20,000 nt of DNA from Callorhinchus milii (lineage: Eukaryota). This document shows, piece by piece, positions 10,104-20,000 of this stretch. A program made the position numbers and the translations under genes. A model generated the notes under the pieces. That model was not told the DNA's origin. It did not search any database and saw only the letters and a list, made by a program, of their open reading frames with translations. The stretch is from the NCBI RefSeq assembly GCF_018977255.1, contig NW_024704742.1, positions 139,182,110-139,202,109 on the forward strand, written 5' to 3'. Position 1 is the stretch's first letter. Each line of letters begins with the position of its first letter.

Positions 10104-10480
10104 CACAACAACAATTTGAATTTACACCACCACAGCAGCAATAATAAATCACATTTACACAACAACAAATTTGCATTTACACAGCGCCTTTCACATCTGG
10201 AGGATATCCCTGGCACTGGACAGTCAAGGGGTTGCACTCAAGCTGAGGGCTGGAGTGAAAAGCAGTGGAGGGACAGGGGATGGGGCTGGGAGAGTGACCA
10301 AAGGTAGAGTGAAAGAAGAAGGTCTTGAAATGGAGCTTGAAGGAGGCAAGGGAGGGGCTGAGATGAAGGGACTCCAAGATGGAGTTCTAGAGGGTGAAGG
10401 CAGAAAGGCTGAAGATTGGGTGGGCAGAGCAGGGGACATGGAGCAGGCCAGTGCCAATTGAACAGAGGGTGTGAGCAGGA
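10104..10480 (-). mobile_element. L2 3' end, second subfamily, with reiterated tail
   Basis: Tail cagcgcctttcacatctggaggatatccc and SLASFKLHFKTFFFHSTF. Positions 10305-10445 are an inverted homologue of 14023-14160. Confidence 0.85.
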
Positions 10481-10619
10481 TGGTAAGGTCCACCAATGCC
10501 ATGTACCATTTGTTTCAGATTCAAGACAGCAACATGATAGCAATTACAAATTTAAAAGTAAGTAAAAAAATTATTTCCTATTAGTTTTGGCCAACTGACA
10601 TACAAAATTGGCCATTTTA

Positions 10620-10800
10620 GAGTGAAATTAGAATACAGGTTTTCACCCACGGGTAGTGGAAGTCTGGAACTCTCCCCCCAAAAAGCTATGGATGCTGGAT
10701 CCATTCACATCTTCAAGACTGAGGTGGATAGACATTTGTTAGTTAAGGTTATCAAATGATATGGGGCAAAGCTGGATAATTGGACTTGAGGATATGGGGG
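10620..10800 (+). mobile_element. Old CR1 3' region fragment
   Basis: ttcacccacgggtagtggaagtctggaactctccccc..ttcaagactgaggtggataga is homologous to 18031-18150. Confidence 0.8.
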
Positions 10801-10875
10801 GCCTGATTGACCATTAATTTGAAGCTCTCCCAACAATGCTCTGTGTCAGTGAGTAAAGCAAGCAGATGTTGGGAT

Positions 10876-11601
10876 GTTTTTTAAAGGGATTATTACCTCT
10901 GGAAAGTGATCTGCCAATCAAATAACAACCGAGTTTCAAATTACTGCTAAGTAAGCAAGGAGCAAGGAAATGTGCCCAATGCTTTGTCCCACCCACAACA
11001 ACAACAACAAGATTCCATTTATAGAGCACCTTTCACGTCGGGAGGACGTCCCAAGGTGCTGTAAGTTGGGTCAGGACCCGAGCATTGGGGGGAAATGGTC
11101 AGGGTGAGGGGAGGGAAGGGAGCGAGGAGGGGGTAGAGAGTCGAGAGGGGAGCTGAAGGCACGGTCAAAGATTAAGGGCTTGAGCCCGGCTTTGAAGGAG
11201 GAAAGGGAGCAGCAAGGTGAAGGCACTGAGGGATAGAGTTCCAGAGCCTCGGGGCTGAGAGGCTGAAAGCCCGGCCACTGATGGTAGGGCGGTTGGGGCG
11301 GGGGATGTGGAGCAGACCGGAGCCAGAGGAACGGAGGGTACGGGCAGGTAGGTAGGGGGATAGTAGGTCGGAGAGGTAGGAGGGAGCAAGGCCGTGAATG
11401 GCCTTGTAGGTGAGGATGAGGATCTTGAAATCGATCCTCTGGGGGATGGGGAGCCAGTGGAGGCGAGAGAGGGTGGGAGTGATGTGGTCCCGAAGCCTGG
11501 TGCGGGACAGTATACGAGCTGCAGAGTTCTGACACAGGAATCAAATACAGGTCCTCTTGCTTGCAAGGCGAGTGGTCTAACACTGAGATACCGGACTCCA
11601 C
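10876..11601 (-). mobile_element. tRNA-derived SINE (5' part) split by an L2 insertion
   Basis: The head at 11533-11601 and the body at 10876-10997 join colinearly with the copy at 9432-9626. Confidence 0.85.
10998..11532 (-). mobile_element. Young 5'-truncated L2 (535 bp), TSD CACA
   Basis: Near-identical to 5491-6029. CACA occurs at 10994-10997 and 11533-11536. Confidence 0.95.
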
Positions 11602-11844
11602 GAAGTTCCTAACTGATCTATTTGCATCCTCCTGAAATCTTTTCATATTTGAAATTTGATAGGTAGAGTTCAATTCACATGAAAAGGGTCTAATTTTACT
11701 AAAACTCATTGTGCCCACATAGATCAGTGACAGATACGGATAAAGGTGTCACATAATTCTAGGTCACAGGCACCTTCATCTGAAGGAAGGCACCTCAGGG
11801 TGTGATTGTATTGAAGCAAATCTTTCCAACCTAAGAAGATTGGG

Positions 11845-13575
11845 TCAAAGTCATAATAATTGTTATGGATTCAAGTCCCACATTGGGACTTTGAACTCAG
11901 TTGAGGCTGACAGACCAGGATTTAATAACACTACACAGTGCTTCACAGTGGCATGATAAGATGCCTATAGCACAGAAACCGCCCTGGTCAAGGTCACCAA
12001 TGACATCCTAACCATCTGCGACCAAGACTCCCTCTGCCTCCTCGACCTATCGGCAGCATTCGATACAGTCGACCACGCTATCCTTCTCCACCGCTTGTCC
12101 TCCCATCTCAACCTTCAAGGCCCTGTCCTTGAGTGGTTTAGGTCGTACCTCTGCCACAGTCTTCACTTTGTTTCCATGAATGGCTTTTCCTCCAGCCCCC
12201 GCACTGTCTCGTGCGGCGTCCCTCAGGGCTCTGTCCTCGGTCCCCTCCTCTTCACCCTCTCTATGCTCCCCCTTGGTGACATCATCCGCAGACATGGGGT
12301 TAACTTCCACATGTATGCGGATGACACCCAACTCTATCTTTCCTCCTCTACCCTCAACTCCACGACCACCAATGTCCTGACAGCTTGCCTTTCTGATATC
12401 GATTCCTGGACGAGAGACAACTTTCTTCAGCTCAACGTGCTTAAAACTGAGGCCCTCCTGATTGACTCGCGTCAGCGCCTCTGCACCTCTGGTGCTGACA
12501 GCATTAGGCTCCACCTCTCAAAGCCGGTCAGGAACCTCGGTGTTCTGTTCGACCCTGAGCTGTCCTTTCTTCCTCATATCTGCGCCACAACTGGCACCGC
12601 CTTCCATCACCTCCGAAACATCGCCAGACTACGGCACTACCTCACCCCTCAAGCTGCTGAAATTCTGGTCCATGCCTTTATCACCTCAAGGCTGGACTAT
12701 GGGAACTCTCTCCTCGCCGGCCATTCAGAACTCTTCAGCTCGTGTACTGTCCCGCACCAGGCTTCGCGACCACATCACTCCCACCCTCGCTCGCCTCCAC
12801 TGGCTTCCCATCCCCCAGAGGATCGAATTCAAGATCCTCATCCTCGCCTACAAGGCCATTCACGGCCTTGCTCCCTCCTACCTCTCCAACCTACTATCCC
12901 CCTACTTACCTGCTCGTACCCTCCATTCCTCTGGCTCCGGTCTCCTCCACATCCCCCGCCCCAACCGCCCTACCATTGGTGGCCGGGCCTTCAGCCTCTC
13001 AGCCCCGAGCTCTGGAACTCCATCCCCCAGTGCCTTCGCCGCTTCCTCCCTTTCCTCCTTCAAGGCCGGTCTCAAGACCTTTCTCTTTGACCTTCAGCCT
13101 TCAGCTCCCCTCTCAATTCTCTACCCCCTCCTCACACCATCCCTTCCCTCCCCTCACCCTGACCATTTCCCCCCTGCTCGTGTCCTGACCCAACTTACAG
13201 CACCTTGGGACGTCCTCCCGATGTGAAAGGCACTCTGTAAATGGAATCTTGTTGTTGTTGTTGTTCTTGGGGTGGGGGAGTGGTGGGGTGTGGCTTGCAT
13301 TATTGGAGGCCCTGTCTGCCTGTTCAGATGGATGTTAATATGGCACTATCTGAAAAGAAGGAAGTTTCTCCAGATCACTTCCAACAATCCTCCAAATAAA
13401 AGGAATTATTCACATCAATTATTCACAACGTGGTTCCTTGTCAGTGATTGTTCTGTGCAAATTACAGGCCACGTTTTCCCTACAAAATATACTGTTATTA
13501 AACTTTACAATAAATCCTGTCAAGTTCTCTGAGACAGCGTCCCAATACGAAAGATGTTGTAACAAATGTAAAGCA
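11845..13575 (+). mobile_element. Ancient Deu-domain SINE (SacSINE1/AmnSINE1-like); pieces at ~11845-11925 and ~13290-13575, split by L2
   Basis: The head contains tggattcaagtcccac..gactttgaac..aggctgaca. The downstream part contains gaggccctgtctgcctgttcagatggatgt..atggcactat..gaaaagaag and ctgtgcaaatt..gccacgttttccctaca, which resemble the DeuSINE central domain and 3' part as recalled. Confidence 0.65.
11962..13265 (+). mobile_element. Young 5'-truncated L2 (~1.3 kb)
   Basis: ORF 12095..13090 carries [13 protein letters not shown] and [10 protein letters not shown]. Small deletions occur near 12040, 12507 and 12722 relative to 5491-6845. It ends ggaatct(tgt)n. Confidence 0.96.
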
Positions 13576-14022
13576 CTTTATTATAACACCTCAGTTTCTG
13601 GAGAGGAACTCAATTACTTTCTGTCCATCACTCTTTGCCTTTTACTATCCTCTCCCTATAACAGCTATGCTTGGCAACAGAATGCCAGAATTGGGTGGAC
13701 CCTCTATGTTGGTCTTAATACATTGAATTCTGGACTAAACTGGACTGCCCCTCCACCCCCCACAAGGATGGCCTGCAGGCCATCCGCTTCCACCTCAAAC
13801 AATGGCCTAACCTGCCCTTTCACCTCCTCCCATACAACTGTCCAGGACCCCCAAACACACATTTCAAGTGAGACAGCGATTTACATGTACTGCCACCAAT
13901 GTAGTGTACTGCATTTGCTGCTCACAATGTGGTCTCCTCTACATTGGGGAGACAAAACAGAGATTAGGCAACCGATTGGCCGAACATCTCCTTTCTGTCC
14001 GAAAGCACAGCCCTCAGCTTCC

Positions 14023-14160
14023 CTCCATGTCCCCTGCTCTGCCTGCCCCATCTTCAGCCTTTTTGCCCCCACCCTCTGGAACTCCATCTTGGAGTCCCTT
14101 CATCTTAGTCCATCCCTTGCCTCCTTCAAGCTCCATCTCAAGACCTTCTTCTTTCACTCT
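14023..14160 (+). mobile_element. Internal, tail-less L2 fragment inserted in the Penelope endonuclease sequence
   Basis: Encodes FSLFAPTLWNSILESLHLSPSLASFKLHLKTFFFHS. It is flanked by GCTTCC (14017-14022, 14161-14166). Confidence 0.88.
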
Positions 14161-14195
14161 GCTTCCGGTTTCTTTCACTCTGCTTCCGGTTTCTT
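14149..14195 (+). repeat. 21-bp tandem duplication spanning the L2/Penelope junction
   Basis: ttctttcactctgcttccggt at 14149-14169 and 14170-14190, followed by ttctt. Confidence 0.95.
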
Positions 14196-14896
14196 GCACT
14201 TCAACTCTCCCTCCCACTGGCACTCTGACCTCTCCAGCCATGGTCTCCTACTCTGTTCCAATGAGCCACAGCGCAAGATTGAGGAACAGCACCTCATTTA
14301 TCTGCTTGGGACCTTACAGCCTCTGGCCTCAATATTGAACAATAACAGTTCACCTTCCCCCTCCCCCTCTTCTGCGACCATTACCATATCATCTGGGTCC
14401 CAAACACACCTTTTCACTCACTGGTCAGCCTATTTCGTTGCAATTCCCCCTCCTCCCACCTTTTGTTCTTCAGTGTTAACACCTCTGTTCCCCTGTTTTG
14501 TGCAATCCTCCCCTTTTGTTCTGCATCATTAATACCTCTTTAACCTAACCCTGTCCTCTACCCATTTTCTCATTTGTCTTCCTTGCCCTGCCCCTTCTCT
14601 GTTAGCCATTAAAAGCCTCTTCCTCACAACATGCCCCAGTTCTGATGATGTTGACTCACTTTCCTTTCGCCATATATGCTGCCTGACCTGCTGGATGTTC
14701 CCAGCGACTTTTGTTTTGTTTCAGATTTCCAGCATCTACACTATTTTGCATTTTGTCAATGCATTTATATCCTGGCTTGCCAGACTAATGGGTGGGAGGA
14801 GGGGAAGATCCAGTCTAGCAAATGAGAATTTCCAGCAAAGTGCAATTAAAATTTTTGAAAAATCGTGGTAAATGTCGGTACCAGAATTGTAATTGT

Positions 14897-14944
14897 TGGG
14901 GTGTCCTCCCGATGTGAAAGTTGCCCCACAAATGTCAATTGTTG
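14897..14944 (+). mobile_element. 48-bp L2 3' terminus with 10-bp TSD
   Basis: gtcctcccgatgtgaaag matches the L2 tail at 13212-13229. TTGTAATTGT occurs at 14887-14896 and 14945-14954. Confidence 0.85.
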
Positions 14945-14982
14945 TTGTAATTGTCAGACAGTGCTTTCAATGCAGAGCTATG

Positions 14983-15358
14983 ATAATAATAACAATAATA
15001 ATCATTGTCTTTGATATAGCACCTTATCACATCTTCAAGACATCTCAAAGCACTTCACAGAAAATACTGTAAAGTGAATTAACTGTATATTTTGTGGGCG
15101 AAACTCGGCAGCAGTGAGCGTCCCACAAACAATCGTGAATTGGGTAACCAAATTATTATTATTTTTTGAAGGGATTATTATCCCTGGAAAAGCGATCCAC
15201 CAATCATCTAACAACCAGGTTCCTACTTACTATTGGATAACCAGGCATGTGGAGTAAGGAAACTTGCCAAATTTCAACCTGACGGGGAATCAAATCCATG
15301 TCTTCTCGCTTGTGAGGCAAGCGCTGTACCCAACCCACTAATCTACAGGATTTATCAC
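14983..15358 (-). mobile_element. tRNA-derived SINE, near full length, (TTA)n tail
   Basis: Homologous to 2810-3391 without the CR1 insert. The tail reads ataataataacaataataat on the + strand. Confidence 0.9.
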
Positions 15359-15924
15359 TTAGTCTGACATCAGTGGTAGGGAAAATTCTTGAGTCCTTAA
15401 TTAAAGATGACGTTATGAGATTCCTGGAAGACCATAACAAGATTAGACAGAGTCAACATGGCTTTGCAAAAGGGAAGTCATGCTTAACTAATCTTTTAGA
15501 GTGTTTTGAAGATGTTTCCAGAAGGTTAGATAGGGGGGAACCAGTAGATGTAGTATATTTAGATTTTAAAAAGGCATTTGACAAAGTGCCACACAAAAGG
15601 CGATTGCACAAGGTTCAGGCCCACGGGATTAAAGGGAACATATTAGCATGGATTGAAGAGTGGCTAACGGGTAGAAAACAGAGAGTAGGGATAAACGAAT
15701 TGGCAGGATGTGACTAGCGGAGTGCCACAAGGATCAGTGTTTGGGCCTCAGCTATTTACAATTTACACCAATGATCTAGAGGAGGACATTGAATGTAACG
15801 TATCTAAATTCGCGGATAACACAAACTAGGTGGGAGAGTAAGCTCTGAGAATGATGTAAAAAGATTGCAACGGGATATAGATAGGCTCAGGGAGTGGGCG
15901 AGTAGGTGGCAGATGGAATTGAAT
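15359..15924 (+). mobile_element. CR1 ORF2 RT fragment A
   Basis: QHGFAKGKSCLTNLL, VYLDFKKAFDKVPH and FADN (15809-15820). Homologous to 16884-17465. Confidence 0.95.
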
Positions 15925-16162
15925 GTGGAACTGGCTGAGTGACAGAATGCAGAGGGTGGTAGTTAATGGGCGTTTCTCGCAATGGAAGGAGGTGTGCAGC
16001 GGTGTCCCCCAGGGATCGGTATTGGGACCACTGCTCTTTCTAATATATATTGATGATCTGGACTTGGGCATAGGGAGCACTATTTCCAAGTTTGCAGATG
16101 ATAGCAAGTTAGGTAGGGTAGTAAATAGTGAAGAAGATTGTGACAGACTGCAGGTAGACATA
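15925..16162 (+). mobile_element. CR1 ORF2 RT fragment B, different subfamily
   Basis: [42 protein letters not shown] (FADD at 16091-16102). Clearly divergent from the equivalent parts of A and C. Confidence 0.92.
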
Positions 16163-18263
16163 CAATTCAAGGAGATGCAACATTCCCAACGAGCACATAT
16201 TCCTTTGAGGAATAAGAATGCCACGGGAAAGGTGGTGCAGCCGTGGCTAACTGGAGCAGTTAGGGAAAATATCCAATCAAAAGAAAAAGCCTATAAAACA
16301 GCGAAGATGAGTAGTAAACCCAAGGATTGGGAGAACTTTAGGGATCAACAGAGGAGGACCAAAAAATTGATCAAGAGGGAGAAAATAGATTACGAGGGCA
16401 AACTAGCAAAGAACATAAAAACAGACTCCAAGAGTTTTTACAAATATATAAAGAGGAAAAGGCTAGTGAGGGTGAATGTGGGTCCATTACAGGCAGAGAC
16501 CGGAGGAATTATAATAGGGGACAAAGACATGGCAGAGTCATTAAACAAGTATTTTTCTACAGTCTTCACTGTAGAAGACACTGGAAACATACCAAAAATA
16601 GAGGACCAAGAAGACAATGTTAGCGAGCAACTTAGGGAGATTAACATTAGTAAAGAGATGGTTCTAGGTAAATTGTCGGGTCTTAAAACCGATAAATCCC
16701 CTGGACCGGATGGCCTGCATCCGAGAGTTTTAAAGGAGGTGGCTACTGAGATAGTGGATGGCATGTCTATAATCTTCCAAAAGTCTGTGGATACTGGAAA
16801 AGTTCCCATTGATTGGAAGATTGCAAACGTAACCCCACTATTTAAGAAGGGTGGGAGAGAAAATAGGGAAAACTATAGACCAGTTAGTTTGACGTCAGTT
16901 GTAGGGAAAATTCTTGAGTCCTTAATAAAAGACGTAGTTATGGGATACCTGGAAGACCATAAAAAGATTAGGCAGAGTCAACATGGCTTTACAAAAGGGA
17001 AGTCATGCTTGACTAACCTTTTAGAATTTTTTGAGGATGTATCCAGGAGGTTGGATAAGGGGGAACCAGTAGATGTGGTATATTTGGATTTTAGGAAGGC
17101 ATTTGACAAGGTGCCACACAAAAGGCTGTTACTCAAGATCAAGGCCCACGGGATTAATGGGAAAATATTAACATGGATAGAAGAGTGGCTATCGGGTAGA
17201 AAGCAGAGAGTAGTGATAAACGGATCATTCTCGAATTGGCAGGAGATGTAACTAGTGGAGTGCCACAAGGATCAGTGCCTCGGCCTCAGCTATTTACCAT
17301 TTACATCAATGATCTGGACGAGGACATTGAATGTAATGTGTCTAAATTCGCGGATGATACTAAACTCGGTGGGTGAGTAAGCTCTGAGGATGATGCAAAA
17401 AGATTGCAACAAGATATAGATAGGCTCGGGGAGTGGGGGAGTAGGTGGCAGATGGAATTCAATGTTAGCAAGTGTGACATTATTCACCTCGGTAGCAAGA
17501 ATAAAAGAACAGATTATTTTCTGGAAGGGGAGAAGTTAGATAATGTTAGTATTCAAAGGGATTTGGGTGTCCGTGTACACCAGTCCCAAAAAGTTAGTTT
17601 GCAGTGCAGCAACAACTAAGAAGGCGAACGGCAGTTAGCTTTCATTGCCAAAGGTTTAGAGTACAAGAGTAGGGAAGTCTTGCTGCAACTGTATAGGGCT
17701 TTGGTGAGACCGCACCGAGAGTATTGTGTGCAGTTTTGGTCCTTATTTAAAAAAGGACACACTTGCCCTCGAGGGGGTGCAGCGTAGATTCACTCGGTTA
17801 GTTCCTGGGATGAGGGGACTGACCTATGAGGAGAGGCTGAATAAACTGGGGCTGTATTCTCCAGAGTACAGAAGAATTAGGGGGGATCTTATTGAAACTT
17901 ATAGGAATCTTAAAGGGCTGATAAAGTAGACACAGTAGGACTGTTTCCCCTGGTAGGAGAATCTATAACCAGGGGTCACAGTCTTAAAATTAAGGGTCAG
18001 CCTCTTAGAACAGAGTTGATGAAACATTTCTTCACTCTGAGGGTAGTGAACTTATGGAATTCACTACCCCAGAAGGCTGTAGATGCTCAGTCCTTGAACA
18101 TTTTCAAGGCTGAGACTGATAGATTCTTAAAAAATAGAGGGATTTGGGGATATGGGGATAGGGCAGGTAATCAGAGTTAGGTGAGAAGATCAGCCATGAT
18201 CTTAATGAATGGCGGAGCACAGGCCGAAGGGCCGAATGGCCTACTCCTGCTCCTAATTCTTAT
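16163..18263 (+). mobile_element. 5'-truncated CR1 LINE C (~2.1 kb) with 3' end; frameshifted from ~17248
   Basis: PWLT, KSPGPDGLHPRVLKE, WKIANVTPLFKKG, NYRPVSLTS, YLDFRKAFDKVPH, FADD (17347-17358) and LEGVQRRFTR. The tail is gaatggcctactcctgctcctaattcttat. Confidence 0.97.
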
Positions 18264-18266
18264 AAA

Positions 18267-18470
18267 CAGCCAATTGCGCACAGCAATGTCCCACAAACAA
18301 TCGTAGATTGAAAATGACCAATTTATTATTGTTTTTTTGGAGGGATTATTATTATTAGGCTCTGTGTGGAGGAAGGAAACTTGCCCAAGGTTTCGCCCTC
18401 TGCCTGGAATTGAACTCAGGTCTGTCGCTTGCACAGTGAGTGCTCTAACCACTGAGCTACAGGACTCCAC
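18267..18470 (-). mobile_element. tRNA-derived SINE, internally deleted and lacking its 3' tail
   Basis: Perfect A box TAGCTCAGTGG (18449-18459, minus), B-box-like agttcaattcc, and body motif tgtgcgcaattggctg. Confidence 0.88.
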
Positions 18471-18815
18471 AATAAACTGGGGCTGTATTCTTTGGAGTAC
18501 AGAAGAATTAGGGGAGATCTTATTGAAACATATAAGATTCTTAAAGGGCTGATAAAGTAGACACTGAGGGTCTGTTTCCCCGGTGGGAGAATCTATAACC
18601 AGGGGTCACAGTCTGAAAATTAAGGGTCAGCCTTTTAGAACAGAGTTGAGGAAACATTTAGATTGATTTTTAAAAATAGAGGGATTAGGGGATATGGGGA
18701 TAGGGCAGGTAATTAGAGTTAGATCTGAAGATCAGCCATGATCTTATCAAATGGCGGGGGACAGGCTCAAGGGGCCGAATGGCTGACTCCTGCTCCTAAT
18801 TCTTATGTTCTTATT
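18471..18815 (+). mobile_element. CR1 3' fragment D, same subfamily as C, ~85-bp internal deletion
   Basis: Colinear with 17840-18263 and ends ttcttatgttcttat. Confidence 0.93.
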
Positions 18816-19074
18816 AAGTGCGGCAATCAATTTCTTACCAAAATATTCAAAGTATGAAGCTACACCTGTATAACTGCATCCAGTTCTGAACATCACAACA
18901 TAAAGAGGCACAAGAGGTTGTGTGTCTCACTGCTGGTAATGTGTGCCCATGTACTCAGGGTGGCACTATGTGTACGTGTTAGTCCCCTTGATCCTCACAT
19001 CAAAGTGTGAAGAGGTCCTAAGGTCCAAGACTTCTTTGTCTCAAAGATTGAAAACATCCCCTTGGCTGCATGTT

Positions 19075-19527
19075 CTCCCCCCGATGTCCCCTTCCACCCC
19101 ATCCAGATCACCTTCTACCTCGCCATGACTCCTGCCACTACCCCCTCCTTACACTCCTTTGCCTCCCATTTCTCCTCCTCCCCCTCAACCACAATCACCC
19201 GGATGAAGTTCACCACCTGCTGCCTTGACCCTCTCCCCACCCAGCTGCTGGTCACTCAACTCCCCCTGCTGGCCGACACGATCAACCAGTCTCTCTCCTC
19301 AGACTCTGTTCCACTCCCCCTGAAAATCACTGTTATCACCCCCCTCCTCAAAAATCCCAGCCTGTATCCCTCTAATCTCTCACACTACCATTCCATCTCC
19401 AACCTACCCTACCTTACCAAAGTCCTGGAACACATTGTTGCAGGTCAACTTCGGTCACACCTCTCCCTCCACTCCGTCCTCGAGCCCCTGCAGTTTGTTT
19501 TTTGCCCTGACTGCCCACAGCACAGAC
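19075..19527 (+). mobile_element. Degenerate L2 ORF2 fragment (RT N-terminal part)
   Basis: TTCCLDPLPTQLL..PLKITVITPLLKNPSL..ISNLPYLTKVLEHIV. It stops at the HSTE codons, where the telomere-like array begins. Confidence 0.88.
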
Positions 19528-20000
19528 CTTACTATAATTTATTCTGAGTAGGGTTAGGGGTTAAGTTAGGCTTAGGAGTTCGGTTTAGGGGTGGGTTAGG
19601 TTTAGATCCCTTACTATAATTTATTAGGAGAAGGGTTATGGGTAAGGTCAGGTTTATGGGCTAAGTTTAGGGATGGGTTAGCTTGAGGGTTCGGGTCATG
19701 TTTCGGGGTCACTGGTTGGTTAGATTCAAATGCCTGATTATAATTTATTAGGAGTAGGGTGTAGGGCTAGATCCCTTCAATGCTGGATTTAGGGTTAGGG
19801 TTTAAGGGTTAGGGACAGGTTAGATTTTAGGGGTAGGGTAGGTTTAGATCCCTGAATTATCAAACAAAAACATACTTTTTTCCCCCTTTGACCCCAATCT
19901 GTTTTACTGGGTTAGGGTTAGGGGTTAGGGGTTAGGGTTAGGGGTTAGATGTTAGGGGTTAGGGGTTGGGGTTAGGGTTAGGGTTTGGGTTGTTAGGGTT
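19528..20000 (+). repeat. Degenerate telomere-like (TTAGGG/TTAGGGG) array with AT-rich spacers; runs off the right edge
   Basis: Variant repeats run from 19549 and are purer from 19908. Spacer cttactataatttatt occurs at 19528 and 19610, with a partial copy at 19739. tagatccct occurs at 19603, 19768 and 19845. Confidence 0.88.

Larger units (their letters stand above)
13790..14755 (+). mobile_element. Penelope-like element remnant: GIY-YIG endonuclease region plus 3' UTR/pLTR sequence
   Basis: RFTCTATNVVYCICCSQCGLLYIGETKQRLGNRLAEH, then HFNSPSH..RKIEEQHLIYLLGTLQP..LN after the insert. The 3' end reads atgctgcctgacctgctg..tttgtttcagatttccagcatct. No RT is present. Confidence 0.9.

Noticed and set aside
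13438..14532. 364-aa ORF as a host gene
   Set aside because: It runs across Deu-SINE, Penelope and L2 pieces, mostly out of their native frames; it is a low-complexity mosaic.

Overview
This window is eukaryotic and almost entirely transposable-element derived. I found no supportable host protein-coding gene. The repeat mix is L2 LINEs with (TTG)n tails, CR1 LINEs, tRNA-derived SINEs with L2-like tails, a Deu-domain SINE, a Penelope-like GIY-YIG remnant and degenerate TTAGGG. This points to a vertebrate, most likely a cartilaginous fish (inference from recalled repeat families, not a search). The long ORFs are L2, CR1 or Penelope fragments, or their off-frame and antisense shadows. Features worth following up: (1) nested insertions whose target-site duplications resemble the L2 tail; (2) a 442-aa ORF that fuses CR1 RT pieces in permuted order; (3) a tail-less L2 patch inside the Penelope endonuclease; (4) a deleted hammerhead-ribozyme remnant; (5) a triple palindromic TGATTG..CAATCA module; (6) a telomere-like array with AT-rich spacers at the right end. 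I do not see convincing evidence of a new functional gene system.
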